In this document: in pieces, positions 26,470 through 37,523 of the stretch
How the letters are laid out: every line of letters starts with the position of its first letter
Numbering within the stretch: position 1 is the stretch's first letter
NCBI GenBank assembly: GCA_013115125.1
Contig: JABANN010000196.1
Span: 1-54,070, forward strand
Reading direction: 5' to 3'
From: Perkinsus olseni
Taxonomy: Eukaryota
Length of the DNA stretch: 54,070 bases
Program-made: the position numbers and the translations under genes
The notes under the pieces: generated by a model
Told to the model about the DNA's origin: nothing
Databases searched by the model: none
Seen by the model: the letters and a program-made list of their open reading frames with translations, nothing else

Positions 26470-28410
26470 GGTCAACGGCTGTGATACCTCCATCAGGATC
26501 TGCATACCGCCCGAAGGCGCGCACGTTGGTATCACTGCGTTGCAACCGTCAGAGGATGTTATTATAATAATCATACTGATAACTTATCAGTGATAAGTGA
26601 TGAGTCATCACTGATCAGTATGACGAGTCATCACGGAACACTAGTGCATTACGATAGAAGCCAGGGTGACGGATTCACACAGCGTTATTGAGAGTATGGT
26701 TAGCCTCAGCTAGGTTGGACGCTCTCTCAGTAGGCACTGCCTACTAGGCAGCGATCCAGTACCGATGAACCTTCTCGTGGAATACTGCACGAAGCTGATT
26801 GAATTAGAACGTGAAGGGTCAGGCTGCCTGACTCAGGCAGGCTAAGCTTGCCAATCATTGGCATTGGTCTCGGCAGACGGGGATCATGCATCATGGATCA
26901 GTTGGCCTAACTACCTACCTTGACCTTGAGCTAGCGCCATTGTGGGGTTGCTAGCATGGAAGATCCCCTACAGGCTAAGTAGAAACTGTTGATAAGATAG
27001 CTGGCAACCCGTTGTAGGTAAGAAGTTTACGGCGTAGTCTCTACGTCACTCAGTCCAAGCGGTTGGGATGGCCATACGAGTGAGAACCATCATCAGATTC
27101 AAACACGGTCCAATCGGCTGATGGTAACGGTTGTATCGTAGAGGTTTATCGGATATACTATACCACGTTGTGGGTTGGCCTAGCATCTACCCAATACAAT
27201 TGACGGCAGCTACCGAAGACTAGGTCTTCTGCGAGTCGCAGAAGACACCGGTCTTTAGACAGACTGCGACACAAGACCGGTGTCGATTGGAGAAGTCTAA
27301 ATACGTCAGATTAATGGATAGAGGATAGGCCAGAGAGCAAGAACCCCTGAAGTTCACGAACTTCATAGTAGACATCATGGACAAGTATTGGCCGTGTTTG
27401 TCGGGACCAAAGTTTGTGACGATTTCTCAATGATGCAATCAGATATCAGCCGGGAAAAACACGCAAGTTTCCCCACGCAACCATACTGTGCCATGCCACA
27501 AGATGAACGGCTTAATGGAGTACACGATGTCAGCTACCGGAATAAAAAATCTTTTAGTAATCGAAATCATAACAAGTGGTGTAGAAGCACCTTTCAACCA
27601 GAGTGTGATGGCTAATGAGCGGTTTGCCACAATCACTCATATTCGGAAGGGAAACCAGTCCCCGGCCGTTAGCAACAGTACTGACAGTGAGCACCGCAAT
27701 CAATCCGATTGGGCCAACAATAGGGCCAAATGAAGGCGATATCCTCGCAGGCCAGACAGGAGTCGCAGAGGCTGCCTCGAAGTTTTGGACTGTCGGACGA
27801 AACATTCTTGACCGAGCCGGGCAGCTGGTGTCTCCCCGATCCGCGTAGAGCGCTGATGACGGAATCATCATGGAACTGGTAGTGGCCAGTAGCAGCGCCA
27901 CCCTGCACGATCGAGGGGTGGAATTCTTTCGTGCTCTTGGGCTCGACGTTCCCGTCTTGAGCAGCAACAGCAACACCAATGATGAGCAGGATCCTCACAA
28001 CAAAGGTCATCATTTTCATACGATGAACACAGATTGGATATTCAATTCCGCCCTTGAGATCAACGCTACCGAAATCGATAACTGTTAGAGAGCGAACTCC
28101 CACCTGGGACGAGTCACAAGTTCCTACTAAGAACCGAGGGTAACGCCACTGGCGTCACGTCACTGAGCATCTTGTCTACCAGTGACCTGACGACTCATCT
28201 GAGAATCTCAGACTGAGATGAGCCCCTCTCCCCTGCCTGTCCTCTCGGGCTTCCTCCGAAAGCCCAGCGAGGGCAGTAGCACATCGAACCCGAATCGACA
28301 AGACTCGGCCGTGCTGACATCATTCCTCGAGTCTCTGCGTTGCGGCGAAGCCCTATGTTCCCTGCGAACGCGACCTGGCCCTGCGGAGGCAGGGGACACG
28401 GATGCATCTG
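26470..28410 (-). repeat. Segmental duplication unit B, carrying peptide copy 2; has ~480 nt (26525-27003) absent from unit C
   Basis: 26470-26525 and 27004-28410 align collinearly with 33858-35300, e.g. ctccatcaggatctgcat.ccgcccgaaggcgcgcacg and ggcaacccgttgtaggt.agaag.ttacggcgtagtctctac. Confidence 0.9.
27669..28019 (-). CDS. Secreted Cys-rich prepropeptide, copy 2 (116 aa)
   Basis: MKMMTFVVRILLIIGVAVAA signal; pro-region with GHYQFHDD; C-terminus LRGSL-CDSCLACEDIAFIWPYCWPNRIDCGAHCQYCC. Confidence 0.88.
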   Translation of the reverse strand: MKMMTFVVRILLIIGVAVAAQDGNVEPKSTKEFHPSIVQGGAATGHYQFHDDSVISALRGSGRHQLPGSVKNVSSDSPKLRGSLCDSCLACEDIAFIWPYCWPNRIDCGAHCQYCC

Positions 28411-28903
28411 GGTCTTGATGTCCCATATCGAAAACGAGAGTGCACCGAACTGCCGAGATGAAAGACGGCAATGAAGAGGATTCTCTGCTGTCCTTGAGAC
28501 CGCTTATTCCACGCTGCATGTCCCTCTTGCAATTTAGACTAAATTGGATTCTCAGCCTGTCTGAGAAGCGTGCAGCGCACGCGCTCCGAACGAGAGAGCG
28601 GGATTCTTGCGCCTGAAGCCTACCGGCCCTTCAGCATGGTGTTGAAGGCTTGGCAGGAGCTTCTTAACGTGAAGCTCAGCGACTTAGTCGTCTTATGTTC
28701 ATTTACGCTAGGAAATAGAAGAAACTTCATTCATTAGAAAGTTAGACAGCACTGGGACGGGCCGCATCTATGAACAGGGAGACAGACTCTGATGGTGTCA
28801 CTGCTGACCGGGTCAGCCTGACCCCTGTAGCTCAGCGGAATCTCTGCTCAAGGATCTACAAGTTTCCCGCCTGCGCCCCGAGCGTTCAATTGGTGACCAG
28901 CCT

Positions 28904-29687
28904 TGTAGACAATTGTGTTCTCATTGCCAGACCATTTCCATGGCTGATTGTGTCCTGTCCCTACCAACAATTCCTGAGCTATGCTATTATCGATTGAGTG
29001 ATCTTTGCCCATTCACATATACATTCCAAACGGTCCTAGAATATATTTCCTCGAACGTCCTACTCTGCGTTGGTTATATCTGGTAGCAGCTCCGTCATGT
29101 CTTCGTCAACTTCAACCCGTGGTGTACTTCATCCGCCTACTTACAAATTTGGAGATGACTTTATTACTTGGTCTGAACGCTTCAAGCTTATCCTTAAGGT
29201 CAATAACTATGATGATGCTAAGGGACTGAAGCTTTTGCCCTTATATCTCGGCCCTACTACATATTCTATTTATCGTGAGCTGGAAGGTTCTGGACCCCTA
29301 GCAACGCTCGAAGAAGCGTTAAAAGCGTTAACTAAGGCTCTGAGACTAAGAACGGCAACTACTTGGCTATCTTTTACTCATCAGAAGATGCACCCAAAGG
29401 AACATCCTATGGATTTCGCTACACGGCTCAGACACATGGCATCTGATCTTATGCCAGGCTTGCAACCTACTGAACGAGATGAGTTATGCACTCACCAATT
29501 TTTGGCTGGTATACCTCCTGACTATGCACGGGAATTATGCAATGAATCGGCTACCCTGAGCTTGTTCGATGCTGCACAACGTGTTCAGCAGTTCCTGGGA
29601 CTGGATGAAGCTCGGCTACGTGCAGATTCTACCCCGGATGCAGCTGAACTACTAGGTCTACCAGCCTCAGATCCTGCGTTGGTTACA
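28904..29687 (+). mobile_element. Internally deleted LTR retrotransposon: 5' LTR ~28904-29078, PBS, truncated gag, last ~14 nt of 3' LTR, 4-bp TSD GCCT
   Basis: Termini TGTA...TACA. GCCT on both sides (28900-28903, 29688-29691). CTGCGTTGGTTA at 29065 and 29674. TGGTAGCAG (complement of the initiator tRNA-Met 3' end) at 29081, followed by a gag-like ORF. Confidence 0.75.
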
Positions 29688-29837
29688 GCCTCATGCTCTC
29701 TTCACAGTCATGAAGCCCTTCTTTGTTGTAAACATCCTGTTCGTAATTGGTCTTACCGTCGCTATTCTAGAAGGCGATCTCAAAGGCAACAATATCAGGG
29801 AGCGCGACTCTCACACCTTACGAGATGTGGACGCTGA
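29097..29837 (+). pseudogene. Truncated retrotransposon Gag-like ORF that runs through the deletion junction into host sequence
   Basis: PPTYKFGDDFITWSERFKLIL..LLPLYLG..YSIYREL..QKMHPKEHPMDFATRLRHMA..QFLAGIP is typical of Ty3/gypsy-type gag. Confidence 0.75.
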
Positions 29838-30060
29838 GAAGCACTTCGAGTTCGGTGATGACTCTTCCATCAAGGGTTCAGTTGAATCAGAGAGTATGTT
29901 GCTGACAGAGTCCCGCGAACAAGGCATGTCTGATGGTGCCGAAGGTTCGTCCGCTCTTTGCATAGCGTGCAAGGGCTGCTATTACTTCCTTGATATTATT
30001 CGGCCTTATTGTGGTATCATCATGGGTGAATGCGGTTCTGATTGCGGATGCTGCCGATGA
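29710..30060 (+). CDS. Secreted Cys-rich prepropeptide, copy 3 (116 aa)
   Basis: MKPFFVVNILFVIGLTVA signal; acidic pro-region with KHFEFGDD; C-terminus EGSSAL-CIACKGCYYFLDIIRPYCGIIMGECGSDCGCCR. Confidence 0.88.
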   Translation: MKPFFVVNILFVIGLTVAILEGDLKGNNIRERDSHTLRDVDAEKHFEFGDDSSIKGSVESESMLLTESREQGMSDGAEGSSALCIACKGCYYFLDIIRPYCGIIMGECGSDCGCCR

Positions 30061-32085
30061 GACCGTGCCCTCAATGCCGTGAGATGGTCCACGTAGAGGA
30101 CTCCTCTACTGGGTGTCAGGGATGATCATCGAGGGACTTCAAGTAGCCTATGACCCTTTGATGCTCCAATTTAATAATTCTTTCTCACCTTGTAAACTCC
30201 GCTACTGCTTAGTCGATTGGCCTCCTGCTGCCGATAACGGAGCAGTGTTGTAATGACCCTGGAGATCAGTAGGATATGGAATCGCTATTAGCGATTGACT
30301 TCTTCCAAGTAAGAAAAATTCTGAATGTCTTGCCCTTTTTTCACTTGCAGGACTGCTAGCAGGTAAGCTCTCGGTGTGTGAGCTACTGGTGACCAAGCGC
30401 CGATGGTATGGAAGGATGCTCTTGCCTGGAATAAGTTATTCCGAATAACGCCCTCTGTATCACAGTTCACCGCGGCCCGCGGTCCGCGGGGGAGCCGTTT
30501 CAAACACGGTCACAATGATGGCACTCCACCAAGCTCCGGCAAGGCGAAGAATCGCTCTCATTCAAGAGTGGAAGCGTTGAACAACGGCCGACGGGAATGG
30601 TTCCTCGGACGAAATAACGGGATCACTATCAATGGAATCATCCGCGCCTTGCACATCTGAAGCGCCCACATCTCAATACCTACCAGTGATGAAACGGCGC
30701 CAATGACGTAAGGATTGCCAATCCCCATCAGAGCTCGAGTGTCCTAAACTTCTCCTGGGACACGATAAGCGCCGATGATAAGAGTCTTCGCCAGTGTGAT
30801 GGACTACCTGAAACATTTGTGTTTACATACTCCTAAGACTACTGTAGTTATAACTGAGTCTCGCGTGCCAATAACGCTCTCGCACTGATAGCGACTGAGA
30901 CGCCAGAAACGTCGACAACTGAGTTGTTACAACCAACTGCTACGAGGTCCAACTCGATAATCGCCTGGCATCGTAGCGTTCAGGATCTTTCTTGGACTGA
31001 CTCCAATGGAGTCGGATGATCTTCTTCCTCCCTAAATACTTCAGGGTGAAGTCACCTCGATGAAGCTTGCAGCCTGAAAAGCTTCCAGTGAAAGTTGTGG
31101 AAGGCTCTGGGGCAGTTTCTAGTCATCACTTGAGGGAGAAGCTATTGTGTACGGGAGTACTTTCCCGCTATCTGTGCCAACTTCTACGCTCTGTCTCTAG
31201 TAATGTAGCACATTAACTTCCCACATGATTATTTGACATCGTCGAGAAAACAGCTGTGCAGCACATCCTGTGCTTTGTCTATCGCTATTGCAGCTACTCA
31301 AATATGGTCATCATATCATCAGTAGAAGGTCCGCGTCTGACCGCGGGCTGTTACGCGATTGAGTCAACATTTCCAGCGGATGGTGCGAGGGAGTCTTTGG
31401 TCTTTTTTCAATTGCTGCAAAATAGCAGCTACGTGTAACTTCGTGAATCCGTCACCGTGAACTTCTAGAGAAGTACCAAGCGACGTTGAACGCCCCATCG
31501 TTGAGCTCGAACGTCTGGCGTTCGACTCCTGCAATCCACTACTGGCTAGTTGACTACCCAACTCAAGCTCACTGGACTCTCACGATCTGCAGTGAGCGGT
31601 AAGGCATGATGTGTCCTCTATTCTAGCCGCGCCCAGGGGTGGACCACCACCGCACCGTGCGTGCGTGCTGCTGTCAAGTAGACAGCGTCTACTCCCCCAG
31701 CTTCGTGCTAGCCAACCGTGGAATCTCTACGTCAAATCTTGGAAACAACTTCTCGTCGCCAGATTTCTCCTTGTGTCTTCTGTGGCTGATACCAGCGAAT
31801 ACGCAGTTTCGGACGTTACTAGCAGACAATCACAGAGAATACCGTGATGGCTGCTCCTCTCCAGAGGTCTCCTTCTGCAGCTTTTCCATGCAAGTAGGAC
31901 TCGCCGACGGAACTCCTTTATTTGGTCTCGCGGCATGTGGGTGAGAGCTCGGCAGGGCTCTTTCGGCCAGGAGCTCCTCGACTCAGCTGTTTGGTGTGGT
32001 ATTATTCTGATAGGGTCCCCTCACTGCGCTCGATAGGGCCAGGAAGCACTGAGACGGATCGCGCCTGTGTAATGGTAGACAAACG

Positions 32086-32099
32086 CTACTGGCGTCACC
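32086..32099 (+). promoter_or_regulatory. Candidate upstream element CTACTGGCGTCACC of peptide copy 4
   Basis: Identical to 15571-15584 although the two genes belong to different subfamilies. Confidence 0.45.
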
Positions 32100-32163
32100 A
32101 CGAGCTAGGTTAGCTGAACCCCAGCTAAAGGCTAAGTTCAATATTCAAGCCCACGTCCATCCC

Positions 32164-32508
32164 ATGGGCATGAAACCCTTCTTCGTCGTGGGAATTCTAT
32201 TTATCATTGGTGTCACCGTCGCTGTTCTGGACGCCGATTACCAAAGATATGCTGAGGGCATCTCATACATCGAGCAGACCGACGTTGCCGAACGCCACCT
32301 CCAATTCAATGATGGCACCGGAACCTCAGCTGACTCAAAGGTTTCCTTGCCGATGGATTTCGGCAGACAAGGTCTGTCGGATGGTATCCAAGGTTCGTCC
32401 GCTCTTTGCACGGTATGTAAGGCCTGCTATTACTTCCTCGACATGTTCTGGGGTTATTGCGTGCCAATTATGATTGATTGCGGGGCTGATTGCGAATGCT
32501 GCAGATAA
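32164..32508 (+). CDS. Secreted Cys-rich prepropeptide, copy 4 (114 aa; alternative ATG at 32170)
   Basis: MKPFFVVGILFIIGVTVA signal; RHLQFNDG; C-terminus QGSSAL-CTVCKACYYFLDMFWGYCVPIMIDCGADCECCR. Closest to copy 3. Confidence 0.88.
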   Translation: MGMKPFFVVGILFIIGVTVAVLDADYQRYAEGISYIEQTDVAERHLQFNDGTGTSADSKVSLPMDFGRQGLSDGIQGSSALCTVCKACYYFLDMFWGYCVPIMIDCGADCECCR

Positions 32509-33857
32509 GGCGGTGGCCACGACAGCATAAGATGATTCCCTGCTGCAATAGCGGCCTGATCTTGATGTTATCGAAGATTGCAACTAGTCTACCATGTGAT
32601 GTTATTGAATAACTGTTATTCCACTTGATGATCCTTCTCAACCACTTAACCTTCACTAAAACTTAGTTTACTCGCCTTCGTCATGAAGGTCGTGTTGCGT
32701 TGCAGAGAGACGATGCTTGGATACAATAACCTCGCTAACTACTCCTGAGAGTAGTAAAGAATAGGTCATATTCAATAGGGCGCTATTAGAGTTGTAAGCT
32801 GCGACTCGTAGAATGAAGTTGTCAGCTGTAGAGTCTACGGCCGACAGTGTAGATAGTTCATGGATCATTCCGTCTGACCCGAGGATAAGCACGATCGACA
32901 TTCTCTCTCAAACCAAGAATGCTCTGAAAGCCTCGCTGCCCTCTATTCGGGCTCCGTGTCTTGGTGTACCGCTGACTGGAGAAGTTCCTACAGAGTGGGT
33001 AAGTGCGCAGGGGGGTGCAAATGGCAGCGTCCCATTGATGTCGAAGATTGTGGTTGACAGCAGTACCAAGAGTGGGTCGAGGCGTTGGCTCGCCCTCTCC
33101 TCTGAATCAGGAGGATTGAGCAGCAAGCTTACCCTATGCCGCTCGCTAATATCCTGATAGGCCATAAGCATACGCAACCAGGTTTGAATTGCGTTTCAAC
33201 AGGTAATTATACGTGTGCACTATCACCTTGGATTAGCCAGGTGAGCGCAGAATATTGAGACGGAGCACCTCACAGACTGTTCTGGCAGACAGTGGAAAAG
33301 AACCAGCTCAACTTTCTGGAGATCTGGAGCCACCTTCTGGAAATTTCGCCATCAGGCTCGACTATCGTTCTGTTGCTGATCATCAGTCGGTGATACTGGC
33401 TCAGTGTTCAATTCTTCATCGAACAGCAACGTGTAATGTTCAGTAACCGCTCTGAAAGCTGTTACGAATCGTGATGAAGTGTGTCAACCCATTCAGTCTG
33501 AATGAAGCGACTGAAACCAGTCTCGGAATGATTTTGAGACGGCGGACTGCCGTAAAGACCTCCTGATTCGTATCATCGATCTGAACAATTCATCGGAACC
33601 TTGATAAATAATCACCATCATGATGTGATTGATGATTGTAATCGCAAATCAACATTCAAAATGCTCGATCCGGCTTTCACATTTCAATCGGACTTAAGTT
33701 ATCGGATCAACTGTTAATTCCCCATAATAAACTAATGGAACTAATCCCCCACAGAGAAATTCATCGGTGCTAGTCTAACCAAGCCGTACTGTCGGCGTTG
33801 GACTTTGACCTCACACACACACACTGTTAATTCGAACCTTGCTCCGCAATCGCTCGA

Positions 33858-35300
33858 GTCAACAGCTGCGATCTCTCCATCAGGATCTGCATGCCGCCCG
33901 AAGGCGCGCACGGCAACCCGTTGTAGGTGAGAAGCTTACGGCGTAGTCTCTACATCACTCAGTCCAAGCGGTAATGAAGGCCATACGAGTGAGAACCATT
34001 ATTAGGTTCGAACACGGTCTAATCGGCTGATAGCAATGGTTGTATCGCCGAGGTATATCGGATGTACTATACCATGATGTGGCTGCCCTAGCATTGACTC
34101 AATGCAATTGACGGTAGCTACCAAAGACTCGGTCTTCCGCAACACAACAAGACCTACGTTCGATTGGAAAAGTATCAATACGTCAGATTACTGCAGAGAG
34201 GATAGGCCAGAGAACAAGAACCCCCGAAGTTCACGAACTTCATAGTAAACATCATGGATAAGTATTGGCCGTGTTTGTGACGATTTAAATGATGTAATCA
34301 AATATCAGCCGGGGAAAGCACGCAGGTTTCTCAACGCAACCGTACTGTGTCATGCCACAAGATGAATGGGCCATTCATCTTGTCAGCCATTCAGAATGGC
34401 TTAATGGAGTACATGATGACGGTCAACGAACGAGCGGTACAGAAAATCTTTTTTAGTAATCGGAATCGTAACAAGTGGTGTAGAAGCACCGGAGTGTGAT
34501 GACTGATGAGCGGTTTGCCAGAATCACTCATATTCAGCAGGGAAACTAGCCTCGAGCCATTAGCAACAGTAAAGACACTTAGTACCGCATTCAATCAGAG
34601 TGGGCCAACAGAAGATCCAGACGAACGCGATAGCCTTGCAGCCCTGACAGGAATCGCAGAGGCTGCCTTTAAGTTTCGGACTGTTGGACACAACTTCCTT
34701 GACCGGGCCGGGCAGCAGGTAACTCTCCGAACCACGTAGAGCACTGATGTTGAAGTTATCATCCAGCTGGTAGTGGCCAGTAGCAGCGCCAACCTGCACC
34801 ATGGGGGAGCGGAATTCGTTCTTCCTTTTGGGCTCGATATCGCCGTCTAGAGCAGCAATAGTGGCACTCATGATGAGCAGGATCCTCACAACAAAATGGG
34901 TCACCATTTTCGAATGATGAACACTGATTGGATATTCAACTAACCCCTTGACATCAACCCCACCGAAACCGATCACTGTTCGAGCTCTCACCGGTAAGGA
35001 ATTGGAAATCCCACGAAGATGAGAACCGTGGGTGACGCCCCCGGCGTCACGTCAGTAGGCAGTTTGTTCACCGGTGACCTGACGATTCATCTGAGATAAA
35101 GCCCCCCTATCTCCCCGGGCCTCTCAGGCTACTGTCGAAGGCCCACTACCACATCAGCTTGGAATGAACAAGACTCGGCCGAGCTGAGGATGAACAGCAA
35201 GCCTCGAATGCCTACGTTCCGGTAGGAGTCCTATCATAGGACCCTAGTTCTCTTGCGTACGCGACCTGGTCCCGCGTACGCAGGGGACACCGATGCACTC
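33858..35300 (-). repeat. Segmental duplication unit C, carrying peptide copy 5
   Basis: Collinear match to unit B and inverted match to unit A across both flanks. Confidence 0.9.
34560..34907 (-). CDS. Secreted Cys-rich prepropeptide, copy 5 (115 aa)
   Basis: MVTHFVVRILLIMSATIAA signal; GHYQLDDN; C-terminus LKGSL-CDSCQGCKAIAFVWIFCWPTLIECGTKCLYCC. Confidence 0.88.
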   Translation of the reverse strand: MVTHFVVRILLIMSATIAALDGDIEPKRKNEFRSPMVQVGAATGHYQLDDNFNISALRGSESYLLPGPVKEVVSNSPKLKGSLCDSCQGCKAIAFVWIFCWPTLIECGTKCLYCC

Positions 35301-36295
35301 TGAACCCCAGAGTCTGAGGCAGAAATCCCACCGAGGTTTCTAGTTCAAAGCCGTCAATGTAGAAAAGTAAGTTAAAAGGTAATGAATGCCACGAATTCCG
35401 AGACTCTACAGTAGGCTGGGTGCTCCCATTTCAATATTTCTTGCAGCTCTTCTTCTTCGTTCGCTTGCGGCTCTCCCTGAAAAGCTCTCAACGAGAGGCC
35501 CTCACGTCCCCGAGGATATACCATAGTGCACGATGTTGGTCATCCTGCCTAAGCACCCCTGAGGAGCATGCTTGCCGCAGCCCAGAGGCCACGGCCTGTG
35601 ACAAAAACCAACTCTCTGTTCTCGTTTCAACCGCGGAGAAGCGACGGTTCCTCTCTGCGGTAGACAGGTTGGTCGAGACAGTACGCAAGGAGGGCGCGGT
35701 CGCGAACGATCGCGCGCACGGGAGACTGGGTATTCCACGTCGTGAAACTCACGAGGTGGAAATGGTCAACGAAATCCTGCGCCTGGACACTCTAAGATCC
35801 AGAATCTGGAAGCGGAAGACAGGAAGGCACATCGGAAGATCGGTAACCTTGCACACAGGTCGGCACGGGTGTACGATTTCGCGCTGTCGCGGAGACAGCG
35901 ATGGCGGTGACACGATCAAGTCGCTTCGTGTTAGCAGTATATGTACTCCGGTAAGCGTACATTGACAACCCTGCAGCTACGCTTGGTAAACCGGTGTGTG
36001 TTGGTCGACTTTGTTGAGTCAGCCACTTCATTGTCGTGTATCGTTGCTGCCTTCTCAGCCGTCGGGGAGCCCTTCTGAAAGTAGCGGCTAATCGTTTGCC
36101 TCTGCTCCTGGTGGCGTCGACCTCCGACGGACTATTGTGAGATTATCGGTCCGAGTCCTCAATCATAGTCTCACTATAAGAGTTTCGCATTGTTAACAAC
36201 AGTCTGGTGGATGAGGGACGCACCGCATGGGAGCACATGCTGGAATTCAGTAGGAATGTCTTGGCTCGCCTAGGACCAATGCCAAGAGCCGCCTA

Positions 36296-36586
36296 ATGAC
36301 CTGGCTCTTGGCTGTCTTGGTCATTCTAAGCTCGAACAGTGGATTTTTCTCGACCCGAGATGAAAATCATCATGATGATCATTATCAACCGGATGAACCG
36401 CCATCGACAAGGGATTATGTGAGATATCTGAGATACCCGCCAATGACCATCCACGGCGAGATAATTTATCTCGCCGTGGATGGTCATTGTGTCGACTCGT
36501 TAGCTCAGCGGGACACTCAGAACGCAATACCTCCCAAAGTGGATAGGTGGACTCTGGAAGGGATAAGGAAAATTTCCAGCGACTGA
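36296..36586 (+). CDS. Possible secreted hypothetical protein or first exon
   Basis: ATG-initiated ORF with hydrophobic N-terminus (MTWLLAVLVILSS). No family recognised. Confidence 0.25.
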   Translation: MTWLLAVLVILSSNSGFFSTRDENHHDDHYQPDEPPSTRDYVRYLRYPPMTIHGEIIYLAVDGHCVDSLAQRDTQNAIPPKVDRWTLEGIRKISSD

Positions 36587-37253
36587 GCGATTTCTCCCCA
36601 TCAAGTTGACCTCTCGCCTCGGCATGCCTGTGCACGGGCGGACGACTCTGGTGTTACACCCGTTGCAACGGCCATGAGTAGACCTTCACTTGAGCCCTTT
36701 TGATGCTTATTATCGCCATCTCTCTGATTCAAGCATGTTCGTGATGCATTGCTCTGTATGGGTTGGAGCTGGGCGATAGTGCAATTGAATTTGCTCGTGT
36801 CTTGAACAAATGAATTGAGGTTGTGTTGAAGACTTCAACGTAAAGTTCACGTCCGAGTGCATGCCTGTACGGAAGATGACTGTATAAGACAAAGTGAGCG
36901 AAACATGCTCGAAACCGTCAGGCGGGTTCAAGTAATACTGGACGAAATTATACTGGACGCACCCAGAAGGACGAGCTCAACCCTTTGGCCCAAAAGATTT
37001 GGGTGAGGTGACCGATGGAGGAGAATATTCTCGATGGTCCGTCCTACTGCAACACAAAACACATCTAGTGGTTGGTGAATGTCTTTGCGAAATACTCTGC
37101 GACCAACTGAAAGATGGTAGAACCCCCATTCTAAAGGCCATACGACGAACTCGCTATCTCAGACTCTGATACTAGAAAATATGGCATAATCATTATGTGA
37201 TGAAAAATAGTTATGCAGTTCGGCTTATCACCCGTAGCTACCTCGGCCAGTTT

Positions 37254-37523
37254 TCAGTTTTGACAACAGCTGCAATCAATGCCACATTCATCGAGCTGAA
37301 GCCAACACTCAGGACGGAGATAGCCGAACAACGTGGCAATACAGAAATAGTAGCATTTGATGCATTCAAGGTCGCCGCTGAGTTGGTATTGCTTCCCCGC
37401 AACGTCATCCCGCACGATGTGGGAGTCGACCTCTTCCGTACCGACGGTTTCATAATCTCCGCGCACCACTGATACGATGGCACAAATCACGAGGTGGATG
37501 TTCGTAACAGAGAAGATCTTCAT
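37254..37523 (-). CDS. Secreted Cys-rich prepropeptide, copy 6 (89 aa, divergent)
   Basis: MKIFSVTNIHLVICAIVSVVRG signal; KQYQLSGD; C-terminus CIKCYYFCIATLFGYLRPECWLQLDECGIDCSCCQN (8 Cys). Confidence 0.82.
   Translation of the reverse strand: MKIFSVTNIHLVICAIVSVVRGDYETVGTEEVDSHIVRDDVAGKQYQLSGDLECIKCYYFCIATLFGYLRPECWLQLDECGIDCSCCQN

Noticed and set aside
26559-26863. Palindrome cluster as a CRISPR array or attC-like cassette sites
   Set aside because: Arms differ in sequence, spacing is irregular, and no cas or integrase gene is present.
27669-28103. N-terminal extensions of peptide ORFs in the ORF track (also 15627, 34991, 37595)
   Set aside because: They start at GTG/TTG under bacterial rules. 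The downstream ATG directly precedes the signal peptide and aligns across paralogs.
30200-33500. Fragmentary ORFs around peptide copy 4
   Set aside because: Could not build a coherent spliced model or recognise a family; possibly decayed genes.
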